From Candidatus Jordarchaeales archaeon (GTDB lineage: Archaea > Asgardarchaeota > Jordiarchaeia > Jordiarchaeales > Freyrarchaeaceae), in NCBI GenBank assembly GCA_038889235.1, contig JAWAHN010000002.1, forward strand, positions 403,300-435,299: 32,000 nucleotides of DNA. Direction: 5' to 3'. Made by a program: the position numbers and the translations under genes. Under the pieces are notes generated by a model. That model worked only from the letters and a program-made list of their open reading frames with translations, was not told the DNA's origin and did not search any database. This document shows positions 8,943 to 17,578 of this stretch, in pieces (within the stretch, counting starts at the first letter, position 1; each line of letters opens with the position of its first letter).

Positions 8943-9351
8943 AGGTAACCCTCAATCCGCAGCTGTTTCCCTATTCACCGCAAGCCACACCTCTCCGTCT
9001 ACTATTACACACCTCACAGTCCCCACCACTTATAACTTTTATTAATGTCTTCACTAGTTCCGTCAAAACTCTTCACACCATAAATAAGCAGGCAAATTAT
9101 AACGAGGCTTCCCACCTGTACACGTGTGTCCAAAAATTGCGAACTACGCTTTAAAAAAAGAGGTCTTTACGCGAAAATTTACTTTTGTAAAGCCTATCTT
9201 TAAACAAAGCAACTTCATGTATCCAAAAACTGCCACTTCCAGCTCTCCAAAAATAAAAATTTCGTAACAAAATATTTTCTAGGAAAAATTTTTATTCGAA
9301 GCATGCTGTAATTATTTTTAGCCCAACAACGATGAGGAGAGCAAGCCAGTT

Positions 9352-9774
9352 TTGATACGGGAGCTGTTTATATTAAAAGAAGGTGTACCTATTTTTGCGT
9401 ACGAAAAAGGAAAAGGTGCGCTGAAAGAACCATTGTTATCCTCGGGATTCATGAACGCAGTCTACCATCTAGCTAAGGCTGAGCTTAAAGAGGGAATAAA
9501 CGTAATAAAAATGGACGACTCTATTATCTGCCTAAAGGAAATACCGCCAATTCTAATAGTAGTAGTGTGCGACAATGAAAAAGAAGGAAAACTGTTTGCA
9601 GAAAGAATAGGAGAAGAGTTCCTTAAAGAATACGGTAGGACCATAGAAAAATGGAACGGCGAGATCAGCGTCTTCCGCGATTTCCATAAAAAAGTGGACC
9701 GCCTATTAAACAAGAGAAAGTCTATCGACAATGAACTAGCTGAAACACTAAGTAAAGTGTTAGACCGCCTTTGA
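9352..9774 (+). CDS. Stand-alone longin-like domain protein
   Basis: 140 aa: LFILKEGVPIF hairpin, LLSSGFMNAVYHLA helix, ILIVVVCD strand and KWNGEISVF tail. Paralogous to the N-terminus of 1151..2026. Confidence 0.72.
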   Translation: MIRELFILKEGVPIFAYEKGKGALKEPLLSSGFMNAVYHLAKAELKEGINVIKMDDSIICLKEIPPILIVVVCDNEKEGKLFAERIGEEFLKEYGRTIEKWNGEISVFRDFHKKVDRLLNKRKSIDNELAETLSKVLDRL

Positions 9775-9795
9775 AAGGGGAAGGGGGAAGGGGAC

Positions 9796-9825
9796 GTTGC
9801 CGGGACGGCTCTTCGTCCCGGCAAC
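9796..9825 (+). terminator. 12-bp perfect GC-rich hairpin followed by a T-tract; putative terminator between convergent genes
   Basis: GTTGCCGGGACG-gctctt-CGTCCCGGCAAC, 21 nt after the longin stop, followed by GTTGTTTTTTC. Confidence 0.5.
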
Positions 9826-9976
9826 CTCTCCAGTTGTTTTTTCACCCTTCTCCTGGGAAACCGTGTTTCAGTAAATGATATTATGGCTGCATTTATGATG
9901 CTGGAGGTCATTTAACTGCGCTAGGCTCCCGGGAAAAGACTGCTCGAGAAAGACTAGCCGTGCCCTAGTAAGTGTC

Positions 9977-12370
9977 TTAGGTTTTTATTTCGAGCAAGAA
10001 CCTTTTTCCTTCATCTGGAACTCTGACGACTACTACTTTTTCTTTCTCGAAGTATTCCCATGAAGGTGTTTCCTGGCTTCCTTGCTGCAACTCCTTACCA
10101 TTCCAGAGGACCTTCGACGGTTTAAGTTCTACACCGTTGAACCTTACTTCTAGTGTTCTCATGCCAGGGTTGTAGTTTCCCTTCTTCTCACTAGCCTCGA
10201 ACTTTATGGTGTCCCCGTTCTTCGTGCAAGTGTATTCGACGATAAGGTATTCTCCTTTAGTGTAGTTGAAGCTTACCCCGTCGTCTTCGTAATATTCCAC
10301 TTTTGACGTTCCTGAAGGGTATACATTGAGCACAAGTGGGTTTATGGGTTTCTCGTCGGAAAACTGTACTACGTTGCGCATGGGGATTATCGCTCCCCCT
10401 TTGACGAAGATGGGGCAAACGTCTAGGGGGGCTTCAACTATTATTGGGAGTCCTCCAGTGATCTTTTCGTTCGTCCAAAAGTTGAACCACTCTCCTTTGG
10501 GCAAGTAGACTATGCGCGTTCTCGCTCCTTCGTAGACTATTGGGGCAACGAGCAGCCAGTCTCCAAACATGAACTGTCTCTCTGAGACGTAGCCGTCGAT
10601 GGTGCCGGAGAATATGTGCGGGTCGTCTGGAAACTCGATGAACATTGCGCGCATCACGGGGACTCCTGTCTTGTACGCTTGGTAGAAGCAGTTGTAGATG
10701 TATGGAAGGAGCCTATACCTAAGCTCGATGTACTTGCGACTGATTGACTCCACCTCTTTCCCGAAGGCCCACGGCTCCTGGTCTGGTGTCCCCGTCATTG
10801 TGTGGTTTCTGCAGAAAGGATAGAAAACGCCGAGCTGAATCCACCGGGCGAACAGTTCGGGTGACGGGCTCCTCCTAAACCCCCCTATGTCTACCCCTAC
10901 AAACGGCACGCCTGAAACACCTAGATTAAGGCACATGTTGATGCTTAGTCTCAAGTGCTCCCAGCTGCTTTCGTTGTCCCCCGTCCAGACGGCTGCATAG
11001 CGCTGGATGCCGGCAAAGAAAGAGCGCGTCAGTATGAAGGGGCGCTCGTTAGGCTGGTGGCGGAGCAAGCCTTCATACGTAGCCTTAGCCATGAGGAAGC
11101 CGTAGACGTTGTGGATCTCTCTGTGGTCTGTAAGTCTGCCGTCAGCGTTGTGAACGGCGTCAGGCCGTATGGTCTTGTTGGGGAAGACCGAGGGCTCGTT
11201 CATGTCGAGCCATATCCCCGCCACTCCCATGTCTAAGAGCTCCTTGAATAGAAGACCCCACCATTCTCTAACCTTCGAGTTGGCGAAGTCGGGGAAGTGG
11301 CATGGACCAGGCCATACGTCACCTGTAAAAAGTTCGCCGTTTGGAAGGCGGACAAAGCAGTCGTGTGCAAGCCCTTCTTCGTACACATGATACCCTTTCT
11401 CCACCTTAACCCCCGGGTCAACTATGACTACAGTTTTGAATCCGTCTCGGCCGAGCTCCTCTATCATTTTCTTAGGGTTGGGGAACTTTTCCTTATCCCA
11501 AGTGAAAACACGGAAGCCGTTCATGTGGTCTATGTCAAGCCATATGGCGTCGCAAGGTATTTTTCTCTTCCTGAGCTCGGATGCAACCTCCTTAACCTTG
11601 CTCTCCGGATAGTAGCTCCACCGGCACTGGTGATAGCCTAGACTCCAGACGGGCGGAAGGAAGGGCCTCCCAGTCAGCTCAGTGTAGTAGAAGAGCACTT
11701 TTTTCGGCTCTGGGCCATAAATAAAGTAGTATTCGAGAGGCCCCCTCTCTGCTCCAAACGAGTAGTAGCTTGCAGACTCTTTCCCCATGTCGAACGACGA
11801 GCGGTGAGTGTTGTTGAAGAATATGCCATAACTCCTCCCGTCCCTTAAAGCCATGAAGAAAGGCACGGAGCCGTAAATCGGGTCAGTGGGCGTATAGTGG
11901 TAAACGTTGTCCGTGTTCCACATGGTCAGAGCCTGGTCACGCTTGTCGAGGGGGCCGGTCTTCTCGCCGAAGCCAAAGTAGTGTTCGTTTTCAGGCATCT
12001 CCTTCCAGCACCTAACCTGCTCCCCATCCCACCCCATCCCCTTACCCAAGTCGTCGCGGTTTATCATCCAACCGTCACAGGAGTAGAACTCCAGCCTGCA
12101 CGGGTTCTTGCGAACCTTCAAAATCAAGTTTTCGGTTGAAAGCGTGAGGAACTCTCCTTCATCCCTAAACTCGGGGCTCACCGCGGCACCATGTTCCCTA
12201 ACGATCCATGGAGGGCTGGGCGCCTTATCTGGAGTTACGAGGCGAACCCGGATGACATTGTGGCCTAAAACTTTCACCTCTGCTTCAAGCTCGCCGCAGT
12301 CTAGTGCTAAAACGTTGCCCTGCAAAGTGTACCCCTTAACCCTACCAATGGACCTCCATTCCCCGCGCAA
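9977..12370 (-). CDS. Glycoside hydrolase family 31 (alpha-glucosidase-like)
   Basis: Catalytic nucleophile motif WLDMNEP, acid/base motif WTGDN, plus GYHQCRWSY, WLDIDHM and FCRNH. Confidence 0.95.
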   Translation of the reverse strand: MRGEWRSIGRVKGYTLQGNVLALDCGELEAEVKVLGHNVIRVRLVTPDKAPSPPWIVREHGAAVSPEFRDEGEFLTLSTENLILKVRKNPCRLEFYSCDGWMINRDDLGKGMGWDGEQVRCWKEMPENEHYFGFGEKTGPLDKRDQALTMWNTDNVYHYTPTDPIYGSVPFFMALRDGRSYGIFFNNTHRSSFDMGKESASYYSFGAERGPLEYYFIYGPEPKKVLFYYTELTGRPFLPPVWSLGYHQCRWSYYPESKVKEVASELRKRKIPCDAIWLDIDHMNGFRVFTWDKEKFPNPKKMIEELGRDGFKTVVIVDPGVKVEKGYHVYEEGLAHDCFVRLPNGELFTGDVWPGPCHFPDFANSKVREWWGLLFKELLDMGVAGIWLDMNEPSVFPNKTIRPDAVHNADGRLTDHREIHNVYGFLMAKATYEGLLRHQPNERPFILTRSFFAGIQRYAAVWTGDNESSWEHLRLSINMCLNLGVSGVPFVGVDIGGFRRSPSPELFARWIQLGVFYPFCRNHTMTGTPDQEPWAFGKEVESISRKYIELRYRLLPYIYNCFYQAYKTGVPVMRAMFIEFPDDPHIFSGTIDGYVSERQFMFGDWLLVAPIVYEGARTRIVYLPKGEWFNFWTNEKITGGLPIIVEAPLDVCPIFVKGGAIIPMRNVVQFSDEKPINPLVLNVYPSGTSKVEYYEDDGVSFNYTKGEYLIVEYTCTKNGDTIKFEASEKKGNYNPGMRTLEVRFNGVELKPSKVLWNGKELQQGSQETPSWEYFEKEKVVVVRVPDEGKRFLLEIKT

Positions 12371-12531
12371 GAAACCACCACCCAGCTACCTTATCCTTTC
12401 ACATCGCTTATTCTAAAAGATTTGTGGAAAATTTTTTAAAAGGGAATTTTTGGCGCCGCTCTGGCTCTGAAAATATTTATACACCGCTTTTCCAGTTCAT
12501 AGCAGCTTAACATTTCCACTGGTGGGCTGCT

Positions 12532-12849
12532 TTGGACGAGCTTGAAAGCGCCATCCACCATCTTCTCAAAGCCAGGGAACTGCTTGAGAACGGGGGAGAC
12601 TGCAAAGTTGAGCTCTGGTTTGCCCGCTCTAAGATAGAGGTTTTCCTAGCTAAGCTTTCGCTAAAGCACGGGCTTGAAGAAGTTGCTACTCCTAGGATTA
12701 AAGGTAAGGTTAACTTAAACCTCGAAGTTGTAGACGAGCTTGTGAAGGAGTTGGGCTCAGCAGCCGAGTCCTACTGCTCAGGTGATTTTGAAGGAGCATT
12801 CAAGACCGGGTGGAACGTTCGCGAAAAACTGACGAAGCTACTACTCTAG
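12532..12849 (+). CDS. Hypothetical small helical protein
   Basis: 105-aa amphipathic-helix ORF 9 nt upstream of the DUF99 gene; TATA-like AAATATTTATA upstream. Confidence 0.65.
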   Translation: MDELESAIHHLLKARELLENGGDCKVELWFARSKIEVFLAKLSLKHGLEEVATPRIKGKVNLNLEVVDELVKELGSAAESYCSGDFEGAFKTGWNVREKLTKLLL

Positions 12850-12858
12850 ATTGGAGGC

Positions 12859-13485
12859 ATGCATTTGATCAAGCGCGGTGTGAGGGTTTTAGGTATTGCG
12901 GAAAGCTTCGTTAAAGGCGCCAAGCGCTCCATAATTTCGGGTGTCGTCATGAGAGGGGACCTACAGATCGACGGCTTCTCCTTTGCCACGGCCACAGTCG
13001 GTGGAATGGATGCAACGCAGAGCGTGCTTAAGCTTTACGAGGACCTGAACAGGAGGGATGTCAACGTCATAATGCTGAACGGATGCGTCATAAGCTGGTT
13101 CAACATAATAGACTTGGACGCCGTTCACGCAGCAACAGCCAAACCGTTGATCGCCGTTACATACGAGGAGTCGGAGGGGCTTGAAAAGTACCTCAAACAG
13201 TACTTCGAAGACTGGGAGCAGAGACTAGCTGTATACAGGCGGCTCGGCGAAAGGGAGAAGGTCACGCTTCACACAGGGCACCAAGTGCTAGTCCGCTACA
13301 TAGGCATATCACAGAGGAAAACTCGCCTAATACTGAACCGCTTCACGCTTCAAGGAGCAGTTCCAGAGCCCCTCAGAGTAGCCCGCATACTTTCAAGAAG
13401 CATTTTAAGAAGCGGACTAGTGCCAGAGGCAACGAAGAAAGAGGAAACGACGATGAATGTAAATGGTGGCGACTTCACGTTTTAA
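12859..13485 (+). CDS. DUF99 family protein (endonuclease V-like / uracil-DNA endonuclease fold)
   Basis: VRVLGIAESF, VGGMDAT, GCVISWFNIID and C-terminal VPEPLRVA motifs. Confidence 0.85.
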   Translation: MHLIKRGVRVLGIAESFVKGAKRSIISGVVMRGDLQIDGFSFATATVGGMDATQSVLKLYEDLNRRDVNVIMLNGCVISWFNIIDLDAVHAATAKPLIAVTYEESEGLEKYLKQYFEDWEQRLAVYRRLGEREKVTLHTGHQVLVRYIGISQRKTRLILNRFTLQGAVPEPLRVARILSRSILRSGLVPEATKKEETTMNVNGGDFTF

Positions 13486-13644
13486 TTGAAACACTCAGCA
13501 GTAAGTCTTGTACCCGGCAAGCCTGCTTCAAAGCTTCAGGATAGATTGAACGTCCATAAGCTCAGTTAGATCGTGCATGTTGAAAAGGGGCTATAAAAAA
13601 GAAGGGTAAGTGTGCCTCTCGTTTCTGGTGTAATGGCTTCCAGG

Positions 13645-14520
13645 CTAAAGGTTGACCAGGTTTTCGACCGGGCTCTTGTTGAGGTCTAAGCCGAGCTTGC
13701 GCGGCTCTATTCCCATGGCAAGCCCAACGAGCTGAGTTAGGTAGAAGACTGGAAGCGAGATTTCGGGGTCGTTCATAACCTGCCTTATGACATCCTGTCT
13801 CGCATCGTAGTTTGCCTGGCAGGCGGGGCATGAGGTCACCAGTGCGTCGAACCCCCTAGCCTTAACTGCTTTAAGCTTCCAGCCACAGAGACGGGCAACC
13901 AGCTCGGGTTCGACAACGTTTGCCCCAGCCCCGCAGCACTCAAGCCTCTCAGGGTAGTCTCCAGTCTTAGCTCCTATCGCTTCAAGTATTGCCTCCATCT
14001 TCGTTGGCTTTTCAGCGTCGTCAACACGGGGAAAGTCAGCCGGCCTGATTATGTGGCAGCCGTAGTGGCATGCCACCTTGAACCCCAAAGGCTTCGTGAC
14101 AACGCTCTTAACCTTCTCCAATCCGATCTCGTCGTGCAACACTTCTATCGTGTGCAGGATCCTAACTTGGTTGCTGGGGTCGAACTCCAGACCCTCTTCC
14201 CAGAGTAGTTCGTTAACCCAGCCGGCAAGCTTGTCGCGAGCCGCTAAGATGTGTTGTGCTTCGCAAAGCGATATGTGGCATCCATTGCATGGGACAAACA
14301 GGGGGTAACCGGATTTCTGTGCCTCAGCCAGTATGCGGCTCGCGAGGTAAAGCCACACCCTTGTGCTAACCTGCATCAAGGGGTAGCCGCAGCAAGCATT
14401 CCATCCTAGCTCGACGAGCTCCACGCCAAGTTTCGGAAAGACCTCGCGCACCGAGACCTCATACCCGTACTCCACAGTGGCTATCATGCAACCCCAAAAA
14501 ACTTTGTACTTAGCCCCCAC
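13645..14520 (-). CDS. hdrB: Heterodisulfide reductase subunit B (two CCG domains)
   Basis: FWGC...ACCGYP...PCNGC and CHYGCH...ECCGAG...SCPAC, giving two intact CCG domains. Confidence 0.93.
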   Translation of the reverse strand: MGAKYKVFWGCMIATVEYGYEVSVREVFPKLGVELVELGWNACCGYPLMQVSTRVWLYLASRILAEAQKSGYPLFVPCNGCHISLCEAQHILAARDKLAGWVNELLWEEGLEFDPSNQVRILHTIEVLHDEIGLEKVKSVVTKPLGFKVACHYGCHIIRPADFPRVDDAEKPTKMEAILEAIGAKTGDYPERLECCGAGANVVEPELVARLCGWKLKAVKARGFDALVTSCPACQANYDARQDVIRQVMNDPEISLPVFYLTQLVGLAMGIEPRKLGLDLNKSPVENLVNL

Positions 14521-14521
14521 A

Positions 14522-15019
14522 CTATTCCCTCCTAATTTCAGCGGTGAGCTTCTCCAAGTTTCGCCTGAAAGCCTCCATGTTCGCAGGCTTCCCTAAATCT
14601 GGAAGTTTAAGCGTGTCCCTGGAAACAAAGTCGAAGTCCTTGTTCATCACCTCTTGCGGCGGCTGTATTGTAGCGTAGCGAACCACGTTCTCGAGCATAA
14701 CCCTGTACCCTTTGGGCGGCGGTGTGCCGCGAGCTACGAGTAGGTTTCTCAAGGCGAGTATCAGCATCGCAGGCCTAGCGTTTTGAGGACATCTAGTATC
14801 GCACTTGAGGCACTGGCAACATGACCACACCCCCCTCTCCACGCCCTCAATTAAGCCGAGCTTGAACAGCTGGATTATTGCGTGGGGGATACACTCTGCG
14901 TCAACCATGACGCAGCCCGAAGAACAACGGGCGCAGCTGTAACACACCGACGGCGTAAGGTTTGCAACCTTTTCCTTCAGCTTCTCTAAAAGCTCGTCGA
15001 CCTCCCTAAGTGCCTGCAC
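14522..15019 (-). CDS. hdrC: Heterodisulfide reductase subunit C (2x[4Fe-4S])
   Basis: CYSCARCSSGC and CCQCLKCDTRCP; lies between mvhD and hdrB with gaps of 3 nt and 1 nt. Confidence 0.9.
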   Translation of the reverse strand: MQALREVDELLEKLKEKVANLTPSVCYSCARCSSGCVMVDAECIPHAIIQLFKLGLIEGVERGVWSCCQCLKCDTRCPQNARPAMLILALRNLLVARGTPPPKGYRVMLENVVRYATIQPPQEVMNKDFDFVSRDTLKLPDLGKPANMEAFRRNLEKLTAEIRRE

Positions 15020-15022
15020 ACC

Positions 15023-15445
15023 TTACACCTCCACAGACTCCTTCTTGAGGGGATTTGGCCCCAGTTTCCTGAGCTCCTCCACGAAGTCGCTGACTATGCG
15101 TGCAAACTTTTCCCCCTCCGACGCTGACACCCATTCAACCCTCACCCTCTCCGGTTCTATCCCAAGCTGCTTGAGCATTTCGCCGAGCAGAGCCGCCCTG
15201 CGCTGCGTCCTATAATTGCCGTTGACGTAGTGGCAGTCCCCAGGATGACACCCCGAGATTAGCACTCCATCAGCACCGTTCTTAAGAGCGTAGAGTACGT
15301 GGGTCGGATCAACCCTGCTGCTGCACATAACCTTTATCACTCTAATGTTCGCAGGGTACTCCATTCTACTCATTCCCGCCAGATCCGCGCCGCTGTAACT
15401 GCACCAAAAGCACAGAAAGGCTATCACAAGTGGCTCGTAACTCAA
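15023..15445 (-). CDS. mvhD: MvhD ([2Fe-2S] hydrogenase/Hdr adaptor subunit)
   Basis: CFWCSYSGADLAG, RVIKVMCSSRV, GCHPGDCHY and WVSASEG; ATGA overlap with the hdrA stop. Confidence 0.95.
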   Translation of the reverse strand: MSYEPLVIAFLCFWCSYSGADLAGMSRMEYPANIRVIKVMCSSRVDPTHVLYALKNGADGVLISGCHPGDCHYVNGNYRTQRRAALLGEMLKQLGIEPERVRVEWVSASEGEKFARIVSDFVEELRKLGPNPLKKESVEV

Positions 15446-17409
15446 GTGCCCACCTCCGATATTAGGGCTTTTATCTGGGCTAGGATCTGCTTCTCCGTGA
15501 AGCCTTTCAACTCCAAGGCGTTGCTAGGGCAAGCTGCAACGCAAGCCCCACACCCCTGGCAGAGTGCGTCCACCACCTTGGCCCTTTTCCTTCCCTCGTG
15601 CTCCGCCAGCCTTATCGCCTTATAGGGGCACACTCCCACGCAAACTTCACAGCCCGAACATATTTCAGGGTTCACGGACGCCACCAGCGGCTCGACTTCA
15701 ACAACTCCCTTTGAGAGGAGGGCTAACGCCTTGGCTGCCGCCGCGCTGGCTTGGGCAACCGTCTCAGCTATGTCCTTCGGGCTGTGGCAGCATCCCGCGA
15801 AGAATACCCCACGTGTGCTCGCTTCAACAGGCTGAAGCTTCGGGTGTGCCTCCATGAAGAAGCCCTCAGAGTTCAAAGACACGTTCAACATTTTTCGGAG
15901 CTTTTCGAAGTCCTCTGTCGGCTCTAAGCCCGTCTGGAGCACCACCATGTCCACTCTGAGCTCGAGCAAGCGTCCCACCGTCTGGTCGAAGACCTTAAAC
16001 CTGAGCTTCCCGTCGACGTCCTCAAGTATCTCCGAGGGGACTCCGTGTATGAAGCGTACACCCATGTCCCTCAGTCTCCTGTAGAATTCCTCGTACCCCT
16101 TCCCGGCAGTCCTCATGTCTATGTAGCATACGTAGACCTCTGTTTCGGGGCTCTCCTCTTTTATGAGGAAGGCCTGTTTGAGCGTCGCCATGCAACCTAT
16201 CTTGCAACACCAACCATTATACTTCAAGTCCCTTGAGCCAACGCACTGTATGAAAGCCACGCTTTCAGGCTTCTTGCCCGAGGACGTCAAGATGGCTCCG
16301 CCCGTCGGGCCCGAAGCACTCGAGAGTCTTTCGAGCTCTAACCCGGTGATGACGTTCTTGTACTTGCCATACCCCAGCTGCGGAACTCTCCTAGCGTCAA
16401 ACGTCTTGAAGCCTACTGCGACAATTATTGCCCCAACCCTTATCTTCACCTCTTCGTCCTTCTGGTTAAAGTCTATTGCCCCGCGAGGGCAGGCTTCGAC
16501 GCAAAGCTTGCAGCGCCCATACTTCATGTAGAGGCAGTTTACCGGGTCCACAGTGTACTTTAAGGGGACTGCTTGGGGGAACGGGACGTATATTGCTTTC
16601 CTCTTGCTGAGCCCGACGTCGAACTCGTTGGGAACCTTCCTCGGACAAGCGTCGGCGCACGCCCCACACCCAGCGCACAGTTTTTCGTTCACATAGCGCG
16701 CCCTCCTTAGAACAGTCACTTCGAAGTTTCCAACGTAACCTTCAACTCTAACAACCTCGCTGTACGTGAGGAGGGTTATGTTTGGGTGTTTTGCAACGTC
16801 AACCATCTTGGGGGTCAAGATGCAGGCGGCGCAATCAATTGTGGGGAATGTCTTGTTAAGCTGCGCCATGTGTCCTCCTAAACTGGGGGATTTTTCAACA
16901 AGGTAGACTTTTAGCCCGGCGTCGGCTAGGTCTAGAGCCGCCTGTATTCCAGCTATACCACCACCTATAACGAGAACCGATCTCTCGACGGGCACAATCT
17001 TCTTCTCCAACGGCTCGAGCAACCTAGCCTTGGCTACAGCCGCTCTCACGAGGGCTTTAGCTTTCTCCGTGGCCTTCTCTTTCTCCCTGAAGTGAACCCA
17101 CGAAACCTGCTCCCTTATGTTCGCCACTTCTAAGAGGTAGGGGTTTAAACCCGCCGACTCCAAGGTTTTCCTAAACGTGCTCTCATGCATCTTAGGGGAG
17201 CAAGCAGCTATGACCACACGGTTCAGGTTGTACTTTTTAATGTCCTCCCTTATCACACCTTGTCCTTGGTCTGAACAAGTGTACATTATGTTTCTCGCTA
17301 CAACAACGCCTGGCAGAGTAGCTGCATACCTGGCGACCTCCTCGACGTCCACTACTCCAGCAATGTTCGTGCCACAGTGGCAGACGTAAACGCCTACACG
17401 TATTTCCAC
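15442..17409 (-). CDS. hdrA: Heterodisulfide reductase subunit A (FAD, electron-bifurcating)
   Basis: VYVCHCG, AACSP, NIRE, GGGIAG FAD-binding motif, FPTIDCAAC, inserted ferredoxin domain, CVGSRD and C-terminal 2x CxxCxxCxxxCP. Confidence 0.96.
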   Translation of the reverse strand: MEIRVGVYVCHCGTNIAGVVDVEEVARYAATLPGVVVARNIMYTCSDQGQGVIREDIKKYNLNRVVIAACSPKMHESTFRKTLESAGLNPYLLEVANIREQVSWVHFREKEKATEKAKALVRAAVAKARLLEPLEKKIVPVERSVLVIGGGIAGIQAALDLADAGLKVYLVEKSPSLGGHMAQLNKTFPTIDCAACILTPKMVDVAKHPNITLLTYSEVVRVEGYVGNFEVTVLRRARYVNEKLCAGCGACADACPRKVPNEFDVGLSKRKAIYVPFPQAVPLKYTVDPVNCLYMKYGRCKLCVEACPRGAIDFNQKDEEVKIRVGAIIVAVGFKTFDARRVPQLGYGKYKNVITGLELERLSSASGPTGGAILTSSGKKPESVAFIQCVGSRDLKYNGWCCKIGCMATLKQAFLIKEESPETEVYVCYIDMRTAGKGYEEFYRRLRDMGVRFIHGVPSEILEDVDGKLRFKVFDQTVGRLLELRVDMVVLQTGLEPTEDFEKLRKMLNVSLNSEGFFMEAHPKLQPVEASTRGVFFAGCCHSPKDIAETVAQASAAAAKALALLSKGVVEVEPLVASVNPEICSGCEVCVGVCPYKAIRLAEHEGRKRAKVVDALCQGCGACVAACPSNALELKGFTEKQILAQIKALISEVGT

Positions 17410-17578
17410 GCATCTGCCTCCACAGCAATCCTTCTAGATCGGCTTCGTCGAACCCGAAGAGACATTCACCCATATTACATTAACGCTTAACTTCTTTTTA
17501 CAAGCGCTTTTGGAAAAAATATATTTCTCGGATGAGTTTACCATTTAAACGTTGAAACGTGGTGGGGGCTTTAAGTGA
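17410..17578. promoter_or_regulatory. Divergent promoter region shared by hdrA-mvhD-hdrCB and the glcD-like operon
   Basis: 169-bp AT-rich spacer between head-to-head ORFs, with TATA-like AAAAAATATATTT and TTTAAA elements. Confidence 0.55.

Noticed and set aside
9462-9911. 149-aa minus-strand ORF
   Set aside because: Mostly antisense to the longin gene and runs through the hairpin; no recognisable motif.
13645-17409. Selenocysteine in HdrA or MvhD, as in some methanogens and Asgard archaea
   Set aside because: All the relevant positions are TGC/TGT codons (FPTIDCAAC, CFWC, GCHPGDC); no in-frame TGA.
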